Origin: an uncultured Bacteroidota bacterium
GTDB lineage: Bacteria; Bacteroidota; Bacteroidia; Flavobacteriales; Flavobacteriaceae
Assembly (NCBI GenBank): GCA_913047695.1
Contig: CAJWUI010000004.1
Location: forward strand, 94,606 to 158,605
Length of the DNA: 64,000 nt
Reading direction: 5' to 3'
Shown here: positions 1 through 8,359 of the stretch, piece by piece
How the letters are laid out: the number at the start of each line of letters is the position of its first letter
Numbering within the stretch: the first letter of the stretch is position 1
Notes under the pieces: model-generated
The model's database searches: none
Told to the model about the DNA's origin: nothing
The model's input: only the letters and a program-made list of their open reading frames with translations
Translations under genes and position numbers: made by a program

Positions 1-2994
1 TGTAGTTCCTGCTCCCCTGATTGTAACATTATTTCCACTTACTGTGGCGATATTTGTATCTGAGATTATATAACTAAATGTACCTGAACTATTAGAGGTA
101 GTAGAAAAATCAAAGTTAGAATCTCCAAACGTTCTACTTTCGTTAGAAAAAGTGATTGTAGTGGTAACTGTATTTACAGTTAATGTAATTGTTTTACTAC
201 CCGCATTAAAATTTGAATCGCTAGCCTGAGAAACTGTAATTGTAGTAGTACCAGCCCCTACTATACTCACTTTATTACCATTTAAAGTCGCTACATTAGT
301 ATCCGCTATAGAATAAGTTAAATCAACATTTGAATAATTTCCAATATTCGTCAGCCCATACCTTTGGGCTAGGTTGTTATAGTTATTTTGGATTTCACTT
401 GAGGTTAGTACTCTATTATAAATTAGAACAACAGGAATGTAGCCTTCAAATAAATTACCACCATTATGAGAAGCAATTCTGACTAGACCTGGAGAATTAC
501 CATTGGGTGTAGCAGTAAAATTATCTGAGTCAACCAAGTTACCATTATAATAGAGCTTGAATCCATCAGAATTACTAAAACTCACCGCGGAATAATGCCA
601 ACTATTTAACATATTTCCTGGACTGTAGCTGACTTGACTCCAACTTGTATTATGTCCAGCTCTAATAGTGTTGGTACTATTTGCCATCCAAAATGCATGT
701 GCAGCTTCATTCCCACCACTTACTATATTTTTTGTTTTTGATTTTGGATAATAGACAGCAATTTTTGTGTATTGAGTAGAGTTGAGAACTGTTGTGGAAT
801 TAGATTGTGCGTAATCGTTATTTTCGTCAAATTCGAAAGTTCCACTATTTAAATCCGATCTAAAAGTTGGGTTACCATAGAGTGTAAAATCATTTGAATT
901 ACCACTTATATCATACCAAGTATTTCCCCCAGAAGCTGAATCATATGAATCAGTATCACTTGCATCCAGGTGAAGTACCAAACCAGAGGTAACCACTTGT
1001 GTGCCTGGTCTGCTTGATATAGCATCAAGATTAAAATCAGCATCAAGCGCTGATTTAGTAATATTAGAAAGTGTTATTGTGGTGTTGAGTTTACTAACTG
1101 TCAAAGTAATGGTTGAAGTGGCTGAATTATAATTTGCATCAGCTGCTTGGGTAACTGTAATTGATGTTGTTCCAGCACCAACTATTGTAACATTACTAAC
1201 ACTAAGACTCGCGATATTTGAGTCTGCAATAGAGTAGGTAAGACCACCAGTACTGCTAGAGGTTGCTGAGAGATCAAAATTAGCATCACCATAAGTTTTT
1301 GTTAGGTTAGAAAAGGAGATTGTGGGCGTACCCTTATTGATAGTAAGTGTCATAGTCGCAGTGGCAGCAGTGTAACCACCTCCCGCTGCTTGAGAAACAG
1401 TAACAGAGGTTGTTCCTACACCCACTATAGTTACTGTATTTCCATTTACAGTAGCGACATTTGTATCTGAGATTACGTAATTAAAAGCTTGCGAACTATT
1501 AGATGTGGGAGAGAGGTTAAAGTTTAATTCGTCGAAAGTTCTAGTTTCATTAGAAATTGATAGTGTAGTTGTTGTCTGATTTGAAGACGAGGTATAATTT
1601 TGGGCTACTTCTTGAGCCGAAAGGGCTTTACTGTAAACTCTAAATGCTTCATATTTTCCTGCTAAGTCCTTGGATTCAACACCATTAAATTCATCACAAC
1701 AGCCAGGGTTATCCTTTCCTAGGAAAAAATAATTATTTGATCCACTTGAATTATATGTTATATTGCTTCTTTGACCAACAAGAACATTATTGACATAGAG
1801 TTTAAATACTCGGTTGTTGGCATTTGCATCATAATCCCAAATTAGTACTAAGTGATATTTTTGATTCACATTAAAACTTGATGAAATCCCATCGGTTACT
1901 CCATTGGCACTAGAATGAAGTTGAGCATAAAATGTTGAATTTGCTGAGGCAAGCGGGGGCATGTTCCATCCAAAATTATCACTTTGATTGGACATATTAA
2001 TTACATTACCACTTGTAGAGGTGGGAGTAACTATTACTTCTAATGAGTAATCCTGAGTTGAAGTCCCTACAGATGGAATTGCAGGAGTTGTTATGTAGTT
2101 GTTTGATCCATCCAAAGTAAATTGATTGTTTGAAAAGCTTGTCCCACCAACTATAGTTGCATTATAATTATTTCCACTAGTGTCATTCCACGTATTTCCT
2201 GATCCAGAATAAGAATTAGAATCCCTGCTATCTAGATTTAAAATTAACCCATCTGTAACAACATAGGGGTTAACAGTTGCCCAATAATTTTGTTTTACCT
2301 CGGCAGCAGATAATACTCTATTGTAAACTTTTATCGTTTTTATTTCACCATCAAAAAATTCACTTACTCCACTTAGTCTACTACCTATGTTAGTAGAACC
2401 AGTTCCTACGTTTAAATTATTCGCACCGTTGTTTGTATTGCCTTGTGATTGTAAAATTCCGTTCACATAAACTTTTATTTGGTTTGAACCTGCATTTTTA
2501 TCAACGGTGATGGTCCAATAATTCCAATCTCCAATTCTTACTGGAGTATTATCATGAAAATCATTACTCCATCCATTAAATCCACCATAGCCATCACTTA
2601 TTGTCATCATAGCAGCTCTTGTGTGCTGTCCACCTCCTGTTTGAACTTGTTCAAAAATTACATCTGTTTGTTGAGTATCTGGTTTAAAATAACCCTCTAT
2701 GGTGTAAGCCGCCTGTCCTTGAGGCAGCACTGCACTTAATCCAACATAATCGTTGGTCCCGTCAAAATCGAAAGATTTATTTGTTGAGTTAAAAGTAGCA
2801 CCATTAATTGTTCCATTATTTCCACTTGGGCTTAGATCACTCCATGTATTTCCATTTCCTGAATACGAACTAGAATTTCCAGCATCAAGATAAAGCAGTA
2901 ATCCACTTGTTATATCTGAATTAACTTTGGTTTGCCCAAAAAATACTACAGACTTCAATAAAAGGAAAATAAGTAAAGACTTAACTTCTTTCAT
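1..2994 (-). CDS. Giant LamG-repeat / Ig-like-repeat secreted surface protein, N-terminal 998 codons (3' end lies outside the window)
   Basis: Not in the supplied ORF track because there is no stop inside the window. Manual translation of the minus strand from ATG 2994-2992 is open for all 998 codons down to position 1: MKEVKSLLIFLLLKSVVFFGQTKVNSDITSGLLLYLDAGNSSSYSGNGNTWSDLSPSG... It has a signal peptide, three LamG-like modules and tandem ~80-aa Ig-like repeats (..VTIVGAGTTSITVTQAA..TITLTV). Confidence 0.85.
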   Translation of the reverse strand, partial: MKEVKSLLIFLLLKSVVFFGQTKVNSDITSGLLLYLDAGNSSSYSGNGNTWSDLSPSGNNGTINGATFNSTNKSFDFDGTNDYVGLSAVLPQGQAAYTIEGYFKPDTQQTDVIFEQVQTGGGQHTRAAMMTISDGYGGFNGWSNDFHDNTPVRIGDWNYWTITVDKNAGSNQIKVYVNGILQSQGNTNNGANNLNVGTGSTNIGSRLSGVSEFFDGEIKTIKVYNRVLSAAEVKQNYWATVNPYVVTDGLILNLDSRDSNSYSGSGNTWNDTSGNNYNATIVGGTSFSNNQFTLDGSNNYITTPAIPSVGTSTQDYSLEVIVTPTSTSGNVINMSNQSDNFGWNMPPLASANSTFYAQLHSSANGVTDGISSSFNVNQKYHLVLIWDYDANANNRVFKLYVNNVLVGQRSNITYNSSGSNNYFFLGKDNPGCCDEFNGVESKDLAGKYEAFRVYSKALSAQEVAQNYTSSSNQTTTTLSISNETRTFDELNFNLSPTSNSSQAFNYVISDTNVATVNGNTVTIVGVGTTSVTVSQAAGGGYTAATATMTLTINKGTPTISFSNLTKTYGDANFDLSATSSSTGGLTYSIADSNIASLSVSNVTIVGAGTTSITVTQAADANYNSATSTITLTVSKLNTTITLSNITKSALDADFNLDAISSRPGTQVVTSGLVLHLDASDTDSYDSASGGNTWYDISGNSNDFTLYGNPTFRSDLNSGTFEFDENNDYAQSNSTTVLNSTQYTKIAVYYPKSKTKNIVSGGNEAAHAFWMANSTNTIRAGHNTSWSQVSYSPGNMLNSWHYSAVSFSNSDGFKLYYNGNLVDSDNFTATPNGNSPGLVRIASHNGGNLFEGYIPVVLIYNRVLTSSEIQNNYNNLAQRYGLTNIGNYSNVDLTYSIADTNVATLNGNKVSIVGAGTTTITVSQASDSNFNAGSKTITLTVNTVTTTITFSNESRTFGDSNFDFSTTSNSSGTFSYIISDTNIATVSGNNVTIRGAGTT

Positions 2995-3002
2995 TTGGCA
3001 AA

Positions 3003-3022
3003 AATAGGATTAACATCCTATT
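3003..3022 (-). terminator. Possible weak intrinsic terminator or attenuator hairpin between the two giant surface-protein genes
   Basis: 8-bp inverted repeat AATAGGAT / ATCCTATT with a 4-nt loop. On the minus strand it is followed by a short T run and then the ATG at 2994. The stem is AT-rich and the U-tract is short. Confidence 0.35.
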
Positions 3023-3060
3023 ATTTCAAAAAAAGGTAGTTTTAACTCATTTATTCTCAT

Positions 3061-6000
3061 CTAATTAAAAATATAAAGCCAACCGTCTATAATTTCACCA
3101 GATGTCCCTCCGAGTTCTATTCTGTAGTAGTACGGTCCTGTGGGTAGAGCATTTCCTGTTCTTATGTTAGTTCCTGTCCACTCGTTTTGATAATTCTCTG
3201 ATTGGAAAACAGTACTTCCGTCTGCAGCATAAACTCTCACGCTAGTAAAGGGATAGTCTTCAATATTTACCACTTTCCATGTAGCCTCCACACCGGGCTG
3301 ATTAGGAGTAAGGGCACTGGATACGATAATCTGGTCATCTGGGAACCCGTCATTATTTTTATCTGTATCCTGACTATCAGGTATGCCGTCTCCATCACTG
3401 TCTTCACTGGCATTAGGATCCTGTGGGAATTGATCTCTGTGATCAGGGATCCCGTCATTGTCAGAGTCAAAATCAAAGCGATCGTCAATGCCGTCCCCAT
3501 CAGTGTCTTGACAAAACTCAGGATCTAGCGGGAACTCATCTTCTGTATCCGGGCAGCTGTCATTATCGTCATTAGGATCGATACAGTCAGGGATTAAATC
3601 TTTATCAAAGTCATCTGGTGTACTGGTTCTGTCAAAAGGATCTGTTAGACAGTCAATCTCATCTTGGTCTAGGTACTGATCATTATCATCATCGGTATCG
3701 GCATTATCTCCAATACCATCGAGATCATTGTCTGCCCATTCTTGATTATCAAAAGGAAAGAGGTCTTCGGTATCTAGATACCCGTCATTATCATCATCAA
3801 GATCAAGACAATCTGGATCTCCGTCATTATCACTATCTATGGGTTTATCGGTACTATCTCTAGGACTAGTTCCACAGGCAATTTCAATCGTATCTGACCA
3901 GTTATCATTATCATCATCGGTATCGGCATTATCCCCAATACCGTCACCGTCAGAATCGGCGTTTTCAGAAGCATCATTAGGGAAGTCATCACAGACATCA
4001 CCATATCCGTCTGCATCGGTATCAACTTGAAAGGGATTGTTTCGATAAATACAATTATCACAAACATCACCCACCCCGTCTTGATCATTATCAGCTTGAT
4101 CAGAGTTCGCTACAGTAGGGCAGTTGTCGGAAGTATTTGCTATTCCATCATTATCATCGTCTTCATCAAGGTCTGAAACAGATATTGTAAATGATTCGGT
4201 ATAGGTCGCTGTACCGTCAGAAGTTTGAACACGAACAGAATAGATATTTTTTGTTTCATAGTCTAGAGCAGATGCAGTGACTAAATTAGAGCCACTGATA
4301 CTAAAACTAGCATTATCAGTATCCCCAGCACCAGCAACTAAACTATAAGTATGTGAGTCCCAATTATCAGCATCGGTTGTAGATAGATTGCCAACTGCTG
4401 TACCTAGCGAAACATTTTCATTAACAGAAGTTGAATTTAATGAAATATCTGTTGGAGCTCTATTTGCATCTGTTAATGCATAATAGTTATTTGAGACTTG
4501 ATTAGCAGATAATTTTGAACCATAAATAATAATTGATTCAATTTGTCCATTAAAATAGTAATTAGTTCCTGCCCTAGAACCTATATAAAAATAATGGTCA
4601 GAAAAAGAGCCGTTAATTGTTGCTGTTGAACTAGGATATGGAGATGAAGAAAACGGGATTAGAGTATCATCAACATATGAAAGCCTTCCAGTTGCATCAT
4701 TGACCATACTGTGAATATTTGTATGCAGGTGCCAATTAGTATTAATATTAAACTGATAATTTCGGCCACTATTGCCACTGAAGCCACCGTTTTGATTGGT
4801 ATGGTGCGTATTGTTTACAAATGCTCCTCCCGCACTATGTGCAAATAACCCAAATCCACCTGTTTGAGTGTTCCAACTTGTTGAATGCTCATAAGTTGCT
4901 TCTGTTGAATTTGTATTTTCAGATTTAAAATTTATTTGAACAGTAACAGCCGAATAGCTACTTAAATCCAATGAAGAAATTGTTCTTGCCCAGTCATTTG
5001 TTCCATCAAAATCAAAATATCCAGAATTGTTATAAGTAGCCCCATATAATCTAAAGTCATTGTCATTTCCTGATAAGTCATACCAACTAGTACCATTACC
5101 TGGATATGAAGCAATATTTCTAGCATCTAAATATACAATTACGTCATCATGAACAATACTTCGAATAAGGTTAGCTGAATTGTTTGACTGCGTGCTAGAT
5201 GCAACATTGTTTGCATAATCATAAACAGAATTAGGTTGAACAGAAACAGTAATAAGCTCATCACCATTTGGGGTCCCAGTTAAGTTTACACCTAAACTTA
5301 CTTTTGTTCCACTCACAGTAATACTTGCGGGAGTTTGTGAGGCTAGAGTTGCTGACCCACCGTTTAGAGATAAACTAAAGTCACTTGGTTGTAAAGTGCT
5401 TGACATATGATCAGAGAATATGACATTAACATTCGAATTATCAAGTTCCATTCTAGTTGCAGTAATAAATGGTGGTTCATTATCTATTGATACATAATTA
5501 CTAAAAAGTTCAGCATTAGAAAGCTCTCTTGTGTGTAGCATAATTTTTTTAACTCTGGCGGCTAAATTGTGAGTCCCACTATTAGAAAAACCTCCAAAAA
5601 GTTTATTAAAATTTAAATTTGGCCTTCCACTCCAGTCGGTATTAGAAGCAGTATTTAAAATTTTTTCACTTCCATTTAAACTATAAAAACTTTTTCCATC
5701 ATCGGTTATACCAAAAGATAAAATTGAGTATCCAGATGTAAAAAGATTTACACCTAAATTAGTTCCAGCAACTCTGTTATTATCTTTCCATGAAAAACTA
5801 TCTCCACTAGTTCCATATTTTCCAAATTCATATTTATATCCACCGCCAGTTTGCATTAAAAAATAATTCCACCACGATTGGTTCTGAGTTGGAATGTCAA
5901 TGATCATTGTCATAGTCCATCCCACAATAGGTATGTTAATGGCTGAAGCAAAATTGAGTCTATCTCCATTTCCATCAAAATAAATATGACCCCCGTCTGA

Positions 6001-8166
6001 TGCACTGTAGGATGTATTTCCATAAAAAGTAGCATGATTGTTACTACCAGACAAATCAAGCCAGTTAGATCCAGATCCAGAGTATGAGTTTGTATTATTT
6101 GCATCCAAATGAAGAATTATATCATCAGTCAATCCAACAACATCGTTTACAGAAATTGTAAATGCTTTAGCATAGTTAGAATTACCATCACTTACGTTGA
6201 CATAAATATTATAACTCGTTTTAGTTTCATAGTCAAGTGTTGTACTTGTAAGAAGTGAAGTCCCACTGATAGTAAAGCTTCCATTATTGTCATCTTGAGC
6301 ATCTCCACTTGAGGTGAAAGAAAATGTTAGATTATTACTTGATGTATCTGAATCAGTAGCAGAAAATATTCCAATTAAACTACCAATTGTTGATGTTTCA
6401 GATATTGTATTTGAACTAAGTGATATATCAGAAGGAGGAGTGTCAATTAATACATCATAAATTTGATTAATCTCATTAGCTGAAAGTGCTTTATTGTATA
6501 CCATTACGACTGGTATACTTCCTTGGAAGTGGTCAGTCTTCGAAGAATTGTCGTATTCTTGGCCTATTGATACTTGGTTGACTGAATTAAAATTAGTCGT
6601 GTTCCCTGGACTGGCTCCAGCGGAAACTAATTGATTGTCGATATAAAAATTCGCATTTGAGCCAACATCTTTTGATATTACAGCAAACCGCCATTCATTG
6701 TTGTGAAGATTAATGTTTGAACCAGCTCTTGAATCTGCAGATCCAATATTATAGTAAAGTCCTTTATTACCGTCAGGAGCTGCACCTATTCTAAAAATAT
6801 TTGCTCCAGAGTTATGCATTGAAAAAATTGCATTATTGTATATATTTCCAGAAGCATTCGTCTCGGTAGATTTAAAATGAAGTAAAATTGTATATGAAGA
6901 GGAATTAGTAAGAGCTCCAGAAAAGGAGTTAAGTTCAACCCAATCACTAGAACCGTTAAAATTTAGAATTCCATTGTAGTCGGAGGAAAATGAAGTTGTA
7001 TTTTGTAAATTACCGTTATAATTATTTCCACTTAAATCGTACCAAATTGATCCATATTCTGGATATGAGGATTTATTTCTAGAATCTAGATATAGCAAAA
7101 GATTATCAGTTATAATATTTGGTATTAATTCAGTTGTATTACTAGATTGTGTAGTAGATACAGTATCACCTGAGACACTAAAAATTGAACTATTTGAGGC
7201 GGGTAAAATAGTTAATAACTCATTCCCGTCTGGTATTCCTGAAAGGGATATTCCAAGACCAATTGTTGTTCCACTTACACTTATACTGGAAGGGGTAGCT
7301 GAGGAAAGTGAAGCTGAACCTCCCGACATATTTAGATTAAAATCAGTAACCTCTAATGTTGATGTCGCATTAGCAGAACCACCATATACAGCATCAGAAA
7401 ATGTAACTGAAACAGTTGAATTGTCTACCGAAATTTGAGTTCTTTGAATTTCCGGGTTACCTCTTAGACTATAATTATTTAATGCTGCATAATTTTGTGA
7501 GGCTTCGTTTTCTGAAAGAGTTCTATTATAAACCCTTACAAACCTAATTTGTCCATCAAAATACTCACTGTTGCTAGATAGCTTATATCCTATCGATAAT
7601 CCTGCGTTTCCAATATTTAAAGCCCCTCCATTCGCAAAAGACCCATTGTAAACAAGATTCCCATTTCTATACATTTTTAGATTACTTGGGGCATTTACAG
7701 CAATAACCCAATGTTCCCAGGCATTTGTAGCGTAAGGGATGTGGTCATGTCTGTCGTTACTTTGACCATTAAATCCACCATCTCCATCACTCATAAGTAT
7801 CATACAACCGCGTTTGTGAGTTTGTGAATTAGACGAATTTTGCTCTACAATAACTTGAGTTTTTCTTGTATCAGCATTAAAATATGCCTCTAAAGTATAG
7901 GTGTCATCTCCTGCAGCTAAAAGGGCTGAGAAATTAATGCGGTCATTTGATCCGTCAAAATTAAACCAGCCAGAATTGTTGTAAGTTGCTCCAGTAATAG
8001 TACCATCATTTCCTTGTCCACTTAAATCATTCCATGTATTTCCAGATCCGGAGTAAGAACTCGAGTTTCTAGCATCAACGTAAAGAACCAATCCATTGGT
8101 AACTACTTGGGTAAAAATTTTGTTCGAAAACAAAACAATTACCAAAAAAAATCTGATAAACCTCAA
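3061..8166 (-). CDS. 1701-aa secreted multidomain surface protein: signal peptide, (LamG - Ig-like - LamG - cadherin-like) x2, thrombospondin type-3 Ca-binding repeat array, T9SS type-B-like C-terminal domain
   Basis: Single 5.1-kb ORF with a TTG start at 8166 and no in-frame ATG upstream. Four LamG modules open with L-x-L-Y/H-LD-x-x-N-x-x-SY-x-G-x-G-x-x-W-x-DLSG. Two cadherin-like repeats carry ..LDYETK..Y.v.V..sDG.. motifs. The D-x-D-x-DG-x-x-D runs are TSP3-like. Confidence 0.9.
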   Translation of the reverse strand: MRFIRFFLVIVLFSNKIFTQVVTNGLVLYVDARNSSSYSGSGNTWNDLSGQGNDGTITGATYNNSGWFNFDGSNDRINFSALLAAGDDTYTLEAYFNADTRKTQVIVEQNSSNSQTHKRGCMILMSDGDGGFNGQSNDRHDHIPYATNAWEHWVIAVNAPSNLKMYRNGNLVYNGSFANGGALNIGNAGLSIGYKLSSNSEYFDGQIRFVRVYNRTLSENEASQNYAALNNYSLRGNPEIQRTQISVDNSTVSVTFSDAVYGGSANATSTLEVTDFNLNMSGGSASLSSATPSSISVSGTTIGLGISLSGIPDGNELLTILPASNSSIFSVSGDTVSTTQSSNTTELIPNIITDNLLLYLDSRNKSSYPEYGSIWYDLSGNNYNGNLQNTTSFSSDYNGILNFNGSSDWVELNSFSGALTNSSSYTILLHFKSTETNASGNIYNNAIFSMHNSGANIFRIGAAPDGNKGLYYNIGSADSRAGSNINLHNNEWRFAVISKDVGSNANFYIDNQLVSAGASPGNTTNFNSVNQVSIGQEYDNSSKTDHFQGSIPVVMVYNKALSANEINQIYDVLIDTPPSDISLSSNTISETSTIGSLIGIFSATDSDTSSNNLTFSFTSSGDAQDDNNGSFTISGTSLLTSTTLDYETKTSYNIYVNVSDGNSNYAKAFTISVNDVVGLTDDIILHLDANNTNSYSGSGSNWLDLSGSNNHATFYGNTSYSASDGGHIYFDGNGDRLNFASAINIPIVGWTMTMIIDIPTQNQSWWNYFLMQTGGGYKYEFGKYGTSGDSFSWKDNNRVAGTNLGVNLFTSGYSILSFGITDDGKSFYSLNGSEKILNTASNTDWSGRPNLNFNKLFGGFSNSGTHNLAARVKKIMLHTRELSNAELFSNYVSIDNEPPFITATRMELDNSNVNVIFSDHMSSTLQPSDFSLSLNGGSATLASQTPASITVSGTKVSLGVNLTGTPNGDELITVSVQPNSVYDYANNVASSTQSNNSANLIRSIVHDDVIVYLDARNIASYPGNGTSWYDLSGNDNDFRLYGATYNNSGYFDFDGTNDWARTISSLDLSSYSAVTVQINFKSENTNSTEATYEHSTSWNTQTGGFGLFAHSAGGAFVNNTHHTNQNGGFSGNSGRNYQFNINTNWHLHTNIHSMVNDATGRLSYVDDTLIPFSSSPYPSSTATINGSFSDHYFYIGSRAGTNYYFNGQIESIIIYGSKLSANQVSNNYYALTDANRAPTDISLNSTSVNENVSLGTAVGNLSTTDADNWDSHTYSLVAGAGDTDNASFSISGSNLVTASALDYETKNIYSVRVQTSDGTATYTESFTISVSDLDEDDDNDGIANTSDNCPTVANSDQADNDQDGVGDVCDNCIYRNNPFQVDTDADGYGDVCDDFPNDASENADSDGDGIGDNADTDDDNDNWSDTIEIACGTSPRDSTDKPIDSDNDGDPDCLDLDDDNDGYLDTEDLFPFDNQEWADNDLDGIGDNADTDDDNDQYLDQDEIDCLTDPFDRTSTPDDFDKDLIPDCIDPNDDNDSCPDTEDEFPLDPEFCQDTDGDGIDDRFDFDSDNDGIPDHRDQFPQDPNASEDSDGDGIPDSQDTDKNNDGFPDDQIIVSSALTPNQPGVEATWKVVNIEDYPFTSVRVYAADGSTVFQSENYQNEWTGTNIRTGNALPTGPYYYRIELGGTSGEIIDGWLYIFN
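3064..3330 (-). other. T9SS type-B-like (gliding-motility-associated, CHU_C-like) C-terminal sorting domain of the 1701-aa protein (residues ~1613-1701)
   Basis: ..ALTPNQPGVEATWKVVNIEDYPFTSVRVYAADGSTVFQSENYQNEWTGTNIRTGNALPTGPYYYRIELGGTSGEIIDGWLYIFN. This matches my recollection of the type-B CTD pattern (TPN..D..W.I.NIE.YP...V.I.nR.G..VF....Y.N.WdG....G..LP.G.YYY.I.L......GW.yL.r). Confidence 0.65.
3331..4170 (-). repeat. Asp-rich thrombospondin type-3 / calcium-binding repeat array (residues ~1333-1612 of the 1701-aa protein)
   Basis: Repeated DxDxDGxxDxxD(xC) units, e.g. DDDNDGIANTSDNCP, DNDQDGVGDVCDNC, DTDADGYGDVCD, DSDGDGIGDNADTDDDND, DNDLDGIGDNADTDDDND, DTDGDGIDD, DSDNDGIPD, DSDGDGIPD. 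Confidence 0.8.
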
Positions 8167-8359
8167 AATGAATTTGTTATGGTTATAATTACGAAATATT
8201 TAACTAATTGCAATGCAAAACTATATAAAAAAAAAGTAAAGTAAATTAATATCAATAAATTACATTTATTGTTATGAACAAGAATAAAATCTATTAACAT
8301 ATTTGAGAATAATACAAAAGGTTAAATGATCAAAATAGCATATATTAGAGATATAAATT

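Noticed and set aside
2554-2739. A 61-aa plus-strand ORF, the only track entry in the first 3 kb
   Set aside because: It is antisense to a well-supported LamG module of the 998-codon minus-strand ORF, and its product has no features.
3202-4088. A cluster of five 63-108-aa ORFs on both strands (3202-3528+, 3267-3500-, 3618-3863+, 3837-4088-, 3839-4030+)
   Set aside because: All of them lie inside the Asp/Gly-rich TSP3 repeat region of the 1701-aa gene. The GAY/GGN codon bias there removes stop codons in the other frames. Their translations are repetitive nonsense (His/Tyr/Arg or Ile/Met/Thr runs).
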